The notes beneath the pieces are model-generated. The model made no database searches, was not told the DNA's origin, and saw nothing but the letters and a program-made list of their open reading frames with translations. This document shows, piece by piece, positions 18,140 through 25,108 of a DNA stretch of 64,000 bases (position 1 is the first letter of the stretch; each line of letters starts with the position of its first letter). The DNA comes from a virus (taxonomy: Duplodnaviria > Caudoviricetes). Location of the stretch: positions 1,212-65,211 of IMG/VR virus record IMGVR_UViG_3300037471_000178; one strand, given 5' to 3'. The translations under genes were made by a program, and so were the position numbers.

Positions 18140-18256
18140 GACGTTCTCCTAGTTTGTGTTGACAGATAATCATAGCGATGGCGAATCCAATGAGGAATCC
18201 GCCAAGCCACAGCCCTAGCAGGGCTAGCCCCATGCCGGGGCGTCTGCGCTGCGCGT

Positions 18257-18568
18257 TCATGGCCTTGCTCCGTAGTCGAAACCCGGTGGCGTCTTGATTG
18301 AAAGCGAACGCACCAAGCTACTCACTTTCTCATCTGCCCATGCGTCATCATCCGTGCAGAGCTGCAGTTTCATGACGCGCTCATAAGGCACAAGGGATTT
18401 CTCCCCGTTGTGCCACTTCACCAAGTAGCTATCCACTACCTGCGGCCCTTCGATGGTCTGCACCGTGCGTATCTTGCGCGAGCCGATAATCACGCCAGCC
18501 TGTTTGTTCATGCGAGCCGAGCTACCCTTGAACCCCACACCCATGACCTGATCGCCTTTCTTGAACAT
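18257..18568 (-). CDS. Hypothetical protein (SH3-like beta barrel)
   Basis: MFKKGDQV...GVIIG...YLVKW pattern; AGGAG RBS. Confidence 0.6.
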   Translation of the reverse strand: MFKKGDQVMGVGFKGSSARMNKQAGVIIGSRKIRTVQTIEGPQVVDSYLVKWHNGEKSLVPYERVMKLQLCTDDDAWADEKVSSLVRSLSIKTPPGFDYGARP

Positions 18569-18577
18569 GATGTTCTC

Positions 18578-18778
18578 CTAGATTGTGTTGAAGAATGCTT
18601 CGATGCGTTCGATATCCGCGAGCTGCCTTCTCAGACTGCGTACGGCCCGCTTGAACTGTCGTCGGGTCCCCACTGCAGCGCTTGCCTCAGTGAGCGTCGC
18701 GTGGCTACGAACATAGTGCCGCTTGGCGCACCGCTTGAAGTATCTGCCCTCCCGCTGATTACGCGACGTGGTATCCAT
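18578..18778 (-). CDS. Small basic hypothetical protein
   Basis: 66 aa with AAGGAG RBS. Confidence 0.55.
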   Translation of the reverse strand: MDTTSRNQREGRYFKRCAKRHYVRSHATLTEASAAVGTRRQFKRAVRSLRRQLADIERIEAFFNTI

Positions 18779-19004
18779 TCCGGTCTGCTCCTTGTTGGGT
18801 TACGGCTCACGGCTATCAGCAGCCACTCGCCATCATAGTTGTTCGCATTTACCACATCGTACCTAACGTCATACAACGCAGACGGCCAGTGTGCCGCCAC
18901 TGTGCGCGTATCACCGTTCTGTATCGCCCTGTTCAACGCTGCGTAGTTCGCATAACGCTTGAGCACATACACCATCTGCCCTTCGGCGTTCAGCGATGCA
19001 GTCA
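18631..19004 (-). CDS. Hypothetical protein
   Basis: Probable start MTASLN; 3' end overlaps the next ORF, boundaries uncertain. Confidence 0.4.
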
Positions 19005-19009
19005 TGAAT

Positions 19010-19240
19010 TCACCGTTCATCACGCCTCCTGTTCGCAGGTGGGACGGATATAGCCATCAGCCGATACGGACGCTCGGCTAGCGGTACGTTCAGATCAATC
19101 GAAATGTCCAGCCGGTACAACTCAGGTGGCCAGTACTTGTCGAACCGGCTATGCACCTGCGGCCATGTCGCGCAGTTGTCCGCTACCAGTGCGCCGTGAC
19201 CCATCCATGTGTGTACGGGATACACAATCTTCTCGTCCAT
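19010..19240 (-). CDS. Hypothetical protein
   Basis: 76 aa with GGAGG RBS. Confidence 0.55.
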   Translation of the reverse strand: MDEKIVYPVHTWMGHGALVADNCATWPQVHSRFDKYWPPELYRLDISIDLNVPLAERPYRLMAISVPPANRRRDER

Positions 19241-19252
19241 GATGCCCCTCCA

Positions 19253-19345
19253 TCAGTAGAGGGTCGTCGTGCAGAGGACGAAGGTGGAAGCCGCACAGTA
19301 CGCCAGCACCGCCACCCATGCCAGAATATCAATAAGCTTGTTCAT
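19253..19345 (-). CDS. 30 aa single-TM peptide
   Basis: MNKLIDILAWVAVLAYCAASTFVLCTTTLY; strong AGGAG RBS. Confidence 0.5.
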   Translation of the reverse strand: MNKLIDILAWVAVLAYCAASTFVLCTTTLY

Positions 19346-19379
19346 GATGTTTCTCCTGTTAATCAGTGAGTGAGAGAAA

Positions 19380-19412
19380 GGGACATATCCCCGGCAATCA
19401 AGGATATGTCCC
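19380..19412. repeat. 33-bp bipartite inverted repeat, copy 5
   Basis: GGGACATATCC-N11-GGATATGTCCC. Confidence 0.85.
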
Positions 19413-19418
19413 CCGTTA

Positions 19419-19589
19419 CTACAGCTTAGTGAGCCAGATGATGTTGGTCGCCGCGCCGATCCATGCAGCGATCTGACCCGGCAGCACCACCGCAGCTATG
19501 ATGCCGAGTCCAACGATCAGCTTGATAGCTATGACACGCTCAACGTGAATAGCCTTGACCTCCCACTTGTGGATTTTGATTGTACGCAT
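19419..19589 (-). CDS. Small membrane protein (56 aa)
   Basis: MRTIKIHKWEV...; GGAGG RBS; TAATG coupling to upstream gene. Confidence 0.6.
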   Translation of the reverse strand: MRTIKIHKWEVKAIHVERVIAIKLIVGLGIIAAVVLPGQIAAWIGAATNIIWLTKL

Positions 19590-19783
19590 TAGTCGCCTCC
19601 TAAAAATACATGACCGATCACCATGAGCAGCAAAACCCCCGCTGCAATGGCATGGCCTCCATGTCCTTCCCACCACGTAAAGCCAAGGTAGGTGCAGTGA
19701 ACAAGTTCATGCATTCGGTCGGATGCAACAATGGCATGCAGACGATGGTTCAGCCAATGCAGGGCGTTATGTAATTGGTGCAT
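19589..19783 (-). CDS. His-rich small membrane protein (64 aa)
   Basis: 10 His in 64 aa plus a C-terminal TM segment. Confidence 0.55.
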   Translation of the reverse strand: MHQLHNALHWLNHRLHAIVASDRMHELVHCTYLGFTWWEGHGGHAIAAGVLLLMVIGHVFLGGD

Positions 19784-19907
19784 TGCTTTCCCTTTCAATA
19801 AGTAAGTAACTGTCAGGCGCTCAGGCTTCGGCTTGCCTGCTACCCGGCACCGCTCGTCATGCGGTGGGTTCTGCTATGGCTCCTTTCATCTAGTGGGTTG
19901 GTCGGTC

Positions 19908-19940
19908 GGGACAGGTCCTTGGTTAGTGGGGAACTGTCCC
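19908..19940. repeat. 33-bp bipartite inverted repeat, copy 6
   Basis: GGGACAGGTCC-N11-GGAACTGTCCC. Confidence 0.8.
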
Positions 19941-19991
19941 GCGTTGCTCTTTACTGCCGCCGATGTGTACTGATTAACTACTATGAGACAT

Positions 19992-20020
19992 ATTATACTG
20001 CTATGTAAGCGTAATGTCAA
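19992..20020 (-). promoter_or_regulatory. Sigma70-type promoter TTGACA-N17-TATAAT
   Basis: Perfect consensus; GCTTACA in spacer. Confidence 0.88.
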
Positions 20021-20275
20021 CTATTTGTCCCTGCGCACTTTCACACCCAAGCTCTCCCAGAACTGCAATTCTTGGGCTGTTCGGCGCGGTCGAAGCTCTC
20101 TGCCTACCACATCATCCCCATCCCATGCGTTCGGGTCTGCTTCCATTTTGCGCAGCCGCGTGAGTAACTGGTTGCGCGTCTTGCATGCGCAGCGATGGTC
20201 GAGCAGCCATTCATCAATCGTCTTGAGTTCGCCGAAAGCAAATATGTGCTTATCTGCGCGCTTGTTTGCAGTCAT
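20021..20275 (-). CDS. Small protein paralogous to the C-terminal domain of the adjacent HNH protein
   Basis: AFGELKTIDEWL...LLTRL vs AFGETKTITAWL...MLARL. Confidence 0.7.
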   Translation of the reverse strand: MTANKRADKHIFAFGELKTIDEWLLDHRCACKTRNQLLTRLRKMEADPNAWDGDDVVGRELRPRRTAQELQFWESLGVKVRRDK

Positions 20276-20287
20276 GATTTCCTCCTA

Positions 20288-20848
20288 TCAAAACGTGGCA
20301 TCACTACGTTTAGCCCGCTTGCGCGGTTGCTGCTCGGCAAACAAAAGTTCCTCGTTGGTTCGCCTAGCCTGCACTTGCTTCTGCACCACGTCTTCAAACG
20401 TCCATTCGTGACCACGGTTCAGCTTGTCTAGCCTAGCTAGCATCTGCTTGCGATTCACTACGCAACGCGGATCATTCAGCCATGCCGTGATTGTCTTGGT
20501 TTCACCAAAGGCAGTGAACTCACGCTCAGGCTTGCCGCCAAACTTCTCCTCCGCATACTTCGACTTGAACCGGCTAACCTTCATGTGCGCAGGATTTACA
20601 CACGATGGATTGCCGCATGTGTCATGCAGATACATTGCATCATCAAAATCAGGATGCTCGCGCAGGTATAGCACCTTGCGAACCGATCTTGTCTTGCTTT
20701 CAATGCTGATGACAGGGTTATGTCCATAGGTCATCGAGCCTTGCCACAAGTAACAACCCGGCACCGACTTGGTATCAAGCAACTGGTGGGCGCGGATACG
20801 GAAACTGTCCCACGCTTTCTGTGTCATGCCGTACGGATATGTGCTCAT
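20288..20848 (-). CDS. HNH-like endonuclease with C-terminal DNA-binding domain
   Basis: CYLWQG...HDTCGNPSCVNPAHM. Confidence 0.7.
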   Translation of the reverse strand: MSTYPYGMTQKAWDSFRIRAHQLLDTKSVPGCYLWQGSMTYGHNPVISIESKTRSVRKVLYLREHPDFDDAMYLHDTCGNPSCVNPAHMKVSRFKSKYAEEKFGGKPEREFTAFGETKTITAWLNDPRCVVNRKQMLARLDKLNRGHEWTFEDVVQKQVQARRTNEELLFAEQQPRKRAKRSDATF

Positions 20849-21316
20849 GTTTGCTCCTTGGTTGAAGAGTTTGCATTGTACTGCGCATTAGACTACATCG
20901 CAATCGTATCAATACTATCTTGGCTAGCGTGTTGTCAGGCCGCGACTAATAGCAGAAATACCTATTCAAGCTGTCAGTTAATATAACCGCGTTTTCTAAT
21001 ACATGGATAGCGAACTAGGTGTGTGTTCTCCCCAAGACGCTAATCTAGGCATGTGTAAGTGAGGGCCATGATTCGTGTGGAATGTCAAATTGGGGCTGCG
21101 TGACCTATATTTATTTATCTATCTAATAGAACAAATAATGAACTGAGAGAAATCCAATGATTAGATATTTTCGCTAATAACCACGAATACGGGCTTGCCA
21201 GCTAGCCTTTCTAGTCTAGTAGCGAACATCTTTACGAGTGCCCGCCGCTGTCGAAAAATGCAGTCATGATTTTGCCTGTATCGCAGCATGCCACACTGTG
21301 CTAGCTACGTTGCACC

Positions 21317-21349
21317 GGGACAGATGCGCAGCGAGTACGGAAATGTCCC
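21317..21349. repeat. 33-bp bipartite inverted repeat, copy 7
   Basis: GGGACAGATGC-N11-GGAAATGTCCC. Confidence 0.75.
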
Positions 21350-21363
21350 GATGCGATAGACGC

Positions 21364-21385
21364 AAAAAAGCCCGCCGAAGCGGGC
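21364..21385 (-). terminator. Intrinsic terminator with UUCG loop
   Basis: GCCCGC-TTCG-GCGGGC then TTTTTT on minus strand. Confidence 0.85.
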
Positions 21386-21407
21386 TGGTTGATCTAGCTA
21401 GGCTAGC

Positions 21408-22154
21408 TTATTGCTTTTCGGCCATTTGCTTTTCCATGCCAGTGAGCACTTTGTCCAGTTTGGCAACAGCTTTCGCTTCGGCAAGTACGCTAGCTTTGCG
21501 TGGAGCCTTGTCTTTCTTGGCTGCAACAGGAGCCGGTTCCTTGCCCTTGCGCAAGATTTCCAGCGCTGCCATCAACGTCGGCAGATCGGCACAGTTCACG
21601 ATTTCTTTCCGCAGAGCTTCTTTCGCTTCGGAAATCTTCTTCTGGGCTTGCTTCTGGGCATCTTCGGCTGCTGCCTTGCCAAGCTCGATAGCTGCCGCTT
21701 GGAAAGCTTTCGCTTCGTTAACCTTGCCCTCCTTCAACAGTTCTTCTGCCTTCTGGAAAGCATCAGCCGGTTTCACGCACTGGGCTTTCGCTGCGGCAAC
21801 TGCCTTGTCAGCCTTCGCACGCTGCTGTTGTTTCTTTTTGGCATCCGTGGTCTGTGCCTTCGGTTTCTCCAGAGCAAACTCTTTCGCCATGGAATCAACA
21901 ACGACATACCAACGATCTTGCGCGGTTTTCTCCACACAGCCGCGCTTCGCCTTATATTCCAGCTGGAATTCCTTCGCTACCATGTCCCACTGCGCTAGCG
22001 TCGGTTTGGTCCCCAGAATCCGCGCAATGCCTTCAGCGCAAGCCCGGATTCCAGACTCGAAAGCGAGATCGGTTTTTACCAGACCATCAGCGAACGAGCG
22101 CACTTGGTTAGCTTGCTCTGCGGTAATGGTGATGGTGGTTTTGGTATCGGCCAT
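21408..22154 (-). CDS. Ala/Lys-rich early protein, monocistronic
   Basis: Start reassigned to MADTKTT (AGGAG RBS); own promoter and terminator. Confidence 0.75.
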   Translation of the reverse strand: MADTKTTITITAEQANQVRSFADGLVKTDLAFESGIRACAEGIARILGTKPTLAQWDMVAKEFQLEYKAKRGCVEKTAQDRWYVVVDSMAKEFALEKPKAQTTDAKKKQQQRAKADKAVAAAKAQCVKPADAFQKAEELLKEGKVNEAKAFQAAAIELGKAAAEDAQKQAQKKISEAKEALRKEIVNCADLPTLMAALEILRKGKEPAPVAAKKDKAPRKASVLAEAKAVAKLDKVLTGMEKQMAEKQ

Positions 22155-22208
22155 GATGTTTCTCCTAAGTAAGTGAGTTGAGTTGTCGTGGTTGCCAGCC
22201 ACGATTCC

Positions 22209-22236
22209 ATTATAGTACATATCTGTAAGCTTACAA
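22209..22236 (-). promoter_or_regulatory. Sigma70-type promoter TTGTAA-N16-TATAAT
   Basis: Consensus -10; overlaps the palindrome TGTAAGCTTACA. Confidence 0.7.
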
Positions 22237-22257
22237 GGTTGGACATGCTTACATGTC

Positions 22258-22290
22258 GGGACAAATCCTTAATCGGCACGGAAATGTCCC
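22258..22290. repeat. 33-bp bipartite inverted repeat, copy 8
   Basis: GGGACAAATCC-N11-GGAAATGTCCC. Confidence 0.85.
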
Positions 22291-22418
22291 CGTCCTAGAC
22301 TGGCTAGCTGGACTGGACTTGGCTAGCCCGGAGGGGAGGGGTATGGACCAACGCGAGCAGCCGACCCACCCCACCCTTAGCTATCGCTCTTTACCGGGAG
22401 TAGAGTTTTTGAAATCAC

Positions 22419-22447
22419 TTGTAAGCTACGTATCCATCACGTATAGT
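22419..22447 (+). promoter_or_regulatory. Sigma70-type promoter TTGTAA-N17-TATAGT
   Basis: Near-consensus; divergent from the early promoter at 22209-22236. Confidence 0.55.
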
Positions 22448-22940
22448 GGTCCTTGGTCGGCAGGACGCCAACGACCAACACTGTAGCTTCCAACCGGGCT
22501 AGCCCCGTATGCCAAGCAGCCAAGCATTCTTCCCCTTTGTGCCGCTGCCGCAGACTGAGCGGGACTGGCCCGGTCCTTTTATTCCCCCCAACGAATACTC
22601 GGTGCTTATTCCCCCGGAGGAATTGTCAGCCTGAATTCAGTCTTGTAGGATAAAGTCTTACAGACAAACACCTACAAGGGCCGACGATGAAATACCTGCT
22701 GCCAGCTACCGGGCTAGCCCTGCTCGCCTATCTGATGATCCAGTCCCATATTATTCAAATCATATTTAGTTATCTGATAGCCTACCCCCGCTAGCGCCAC
22801 AATCCCCGCCTTGGATTGATCCGTGTCCTCGGCGCTAGCCTCGCATACCACTCCGATTGGCCGCATTGCTGCAGGGCATTGACGGCTTGACTTCTCTCGT
22901 GTAATAGAGCTTGGTAGCTTCACTTACACAGGAGAAGGAC

Positions 22941-23195
22941 ATGACCTACCTGCAAGCGCTGAAACGGGCGACCCACTACCTCACCATGGATGCATGGGAT
23001 GAGCTGAAGAACCTGCCCTTCCTGCTCCTCGCCATCGCGCAGGAACTCGGCCTCACCGCGTTCTGGCTGCTCATGTTTGTCCTCCTGCCCATTTCCGCTC
23101 CGATCTTCGCGTTCGGGGTGCAGAAGTATCCGGAACTCGCTGACGAGGTTGATGAGAAGTTCGGGTATGACTTCGGCGACAAAGAAGACAAATGA
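22941..23195 (+). CDS. Hypothetical membrane protein
   Basis: Start likely MTYLQ (AAGGA RBS); hydrophobic core; ATGA overlap with next gene. Confidence 0.55.
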   Translation: MTYLQALKRATHYLTMDAWDELKNLPFLLLAIAQELGLTAFWLLMFVLLPISAPIFAFGVQKYPELADEVDEKFGYDFGDKEDK

Positions 23196-23668
23196 AACTG
23201 ATCCCCAACGACCCGAACAAGTTTGACCTCGCCCTGCTGGTTGCCATCGCATCAGGCACCAGTGCCCCGGAAGAGGTTCAGGCGACCTTCGGGTTGTCCC
23301 CCGAGGCTTACGCCTCTCTCATGGCTAACCCGTTGTTCCTGCAGGCCGTAACAGGTGTGCGGCAGGATTTGCTGAAGAACGGCTCGATGCTGTCCATCCG
23401 TGCTGGCTACGTGCTGGCAGAGGTCGCCATCCCCGAGATGCAGGACATTCTGCAGTCCATCGACAGCGACCCGGAAGCCAAGATCAAGGCTGTGCATGCG
23501 CTGATCAAGATTCAGGAGATCGGTGCCGCGCCCGGTAACGCCAAGGACAAGGGCGATGGGCGAGCTGGCGTGACCATCACTATCAACACTAACCCGGTGC
23601 CCGTGGGTCGCGCCAAGCCTGAAGTCATCGAGGCCACCGTATCGGAGGTCAAGATTGGCAGCGATTAA
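23192..23668 (+). CDS. Probable terminase small subunit
   Basis: Immediately upstream of TerL; helical 158 aa; VTITINTN tail. Confidence 0.6.
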   Translation: MKLIPNDPNKFDLALLVAIASGTSAPEEVQATFGLSPEAYASLMANPLFLQAVTGVRQDLLKNGSMLSIRAGYVLAEVAIPEMQDILQSIDSDPEAKIKAVHALIKIQEIGAAPGNAKDKGDGRAGVTITINTNPVPVGRAKPEVIEATVSEVKIGSD

Positions 23669-25094
23669 TTACACACCGGGGCCGACTGGTGCCCGGTTCC
23701 TGAAGTCCCGTGCGTTCCTGAAACTGATCTGCGGGCCTGTTGGCGGCGGTAAGTCCACGGTGGCGCTGTTTGACCTGATCAGCCGCGCCTGTGGCCAGAA
23801 GCCCGGTGCGGGCAATATCCGGCGTACCCGGTTCATCATCCTGCGTAACACCGTCGCGCAGTTGAAGTCCACCGTCAAGCCGTTGATCGACCAGTGGCTT
23901 GTTGAAATGGCCGAGAACCAAGTCGGGTACTGGCGTATCTCGGACAACGTATTCGTGTTCACCCTGACGCTGGAAGACGGCACTCGGGTCGAGTCGGAAT
24001 TCTGGCTCATGGCAGCGGATACTCCCGATGACGTGCGACGGCTGTTGTCGGTGGAGTGTTCGGCGGCATGGGTCGAAGAATCGCGGGAAGTGAACCCGGA
24101 CGTGTTCTCCGGCCTGCAGGGTCGTGTGAACCGTTACCCGAACCGCGCCAACGGCGGCGTCACATACCCCGGCGTGATCTGCTCGACCAACGCGCCGCCT
24201 GTCGGGGGATTCTGGCATGGCATCATGACCGACCCACCCAAGGGTTGGGAAATCTTCATGCAGCCGCCAGCGCTGCTCGCGGACGGGGCGCTGAACCCGG
24301 ACGCGGAGAATCTGGAGAATCTGGCCGACGACTACTACGACAACCTCATCGGCGGCAAGACCGATGACTGGATCGACGTATATCTGAAGAACCAGTTCGG
24401 CGCGGGTAACTTCGGTAAGCCCGTGTACCGTTACAGTTTCAAGAAGAACTTCCACGTTGCCGACCAGCCGTTGCTCGGTATCTTCGGGTCGGCCTCGCCG
24501 CTGGTCATCGGCATGGACAACGGCCTCCAGTCCGCTGCCGTGTTCACGCAGAAGGACATGCGCGGGCGCATTAACGTACTGGACGAGTGCTACGTGCCCA
24601 AGGAAACCACGATGGGCGTCGAACGCTTCCTCGATACGATGGTTATTCCAAAGTTAAGAGAAAAGTGGCACAAGTTCCAGCAGGAAAATATACTATTCGT
24701 CTTGGACCCGGCTTGCTTCCAGCGGGCGCAAGCCAACGAAATCACCATCGCTCAGGTTGTAAGGGAACGGGGCTACCGTATCTTGCAAGCGCCGACCAAC
24801 AACCTTGAGCCGCGCATCGGGGCCGTTGAACGCCTCATGGCGAGTCAGGTGGATGGCACCGGCCTCCTCCGTATCTCGCCAGTCTGCACCTACCTCGTGG
24901 AAGGCATGGAGTGGGGTTATCGCTTCAAGCCCGACAAGGGCGACCAAGCCACCGCCATCCCCGAGAAAAATCACCACGCCAATTTGCAGGACGCCATGCA
25001 GTACGCCGCGATGCATCACGTTGGCCCGCAGATCGGCGTCAAACGCCCGCAGCGCCGCGATGTAAAGCAGATACAAGCCGCTGGCTGGACTTAA
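23655..25094 (+). CDS. terL: Terminase large subunit
   Basis: GPVGGGKS Walker A, LRNTVAQL, WVEESRE Walker B, STNAP, GMDNG nuclease, NLQDAMQYA. Confidence 0.92.
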   Translation: MAAINYTPGPTGARFLKSRAFLKLICGPVGGGKSTVALFDLISRACGQKPGAGNIRRTRFIILRNTVAQLKSTVKPLIDQWLVEMAENQVGYWRISDNVFVFTLTLEDGTRVESEFWLMAADTPDDVRRLLSVECSAAWVEESREVNPDVFSGLQGRVNRYPNRANGGVTYPGVICSTNAPPVGGFWHGIMTDPPKGWEIFMQPPALLADGALNPDAENLENLADDYYDNLIGGKTDDWIDVYLKNQFGAGNFGKPVYRYSFKKNFHVADQPLLGIFGSASPLVIGMDNGLQSAAVFTQKDMRGRINVLDECYVPKETTMGVERFLDTMVIPKLREKWHKFQQENILFVLDPACFQRAQANEITIAQVVRERGYRILQAPTNNLEPRIGAVERLMASQVDGTGLLRISPVCTYLVEGMEWGYRFKPDKGDQATAIPEKNHHANLQDAMQYAAMHHVGPQIGVKRPQRRDVKQIQAAGWT

Positions 25095-25108
25095 CCTGAG
25101 AGGAAAAC

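Larger units (their letters stand above)
5327..21269 (-). repeat. Dispersed 11-mer TCATGACTGCA (8 copies in this span, a ninth at 55313)
   Basis: Exact copies starting at 5327, 8521, 10612, 16068, 17583, 18997, 20267, 21259 and 55313, all in the same orientation. Confidence 0.8.

Noticed and set aside
19785-19990. Hammerhead ribozyme or c-di-GMP riboswitch in the leader
   Set aside because: Core consensus elements (CUGANGA...GAAA; GEMM motifs) are not properly present.
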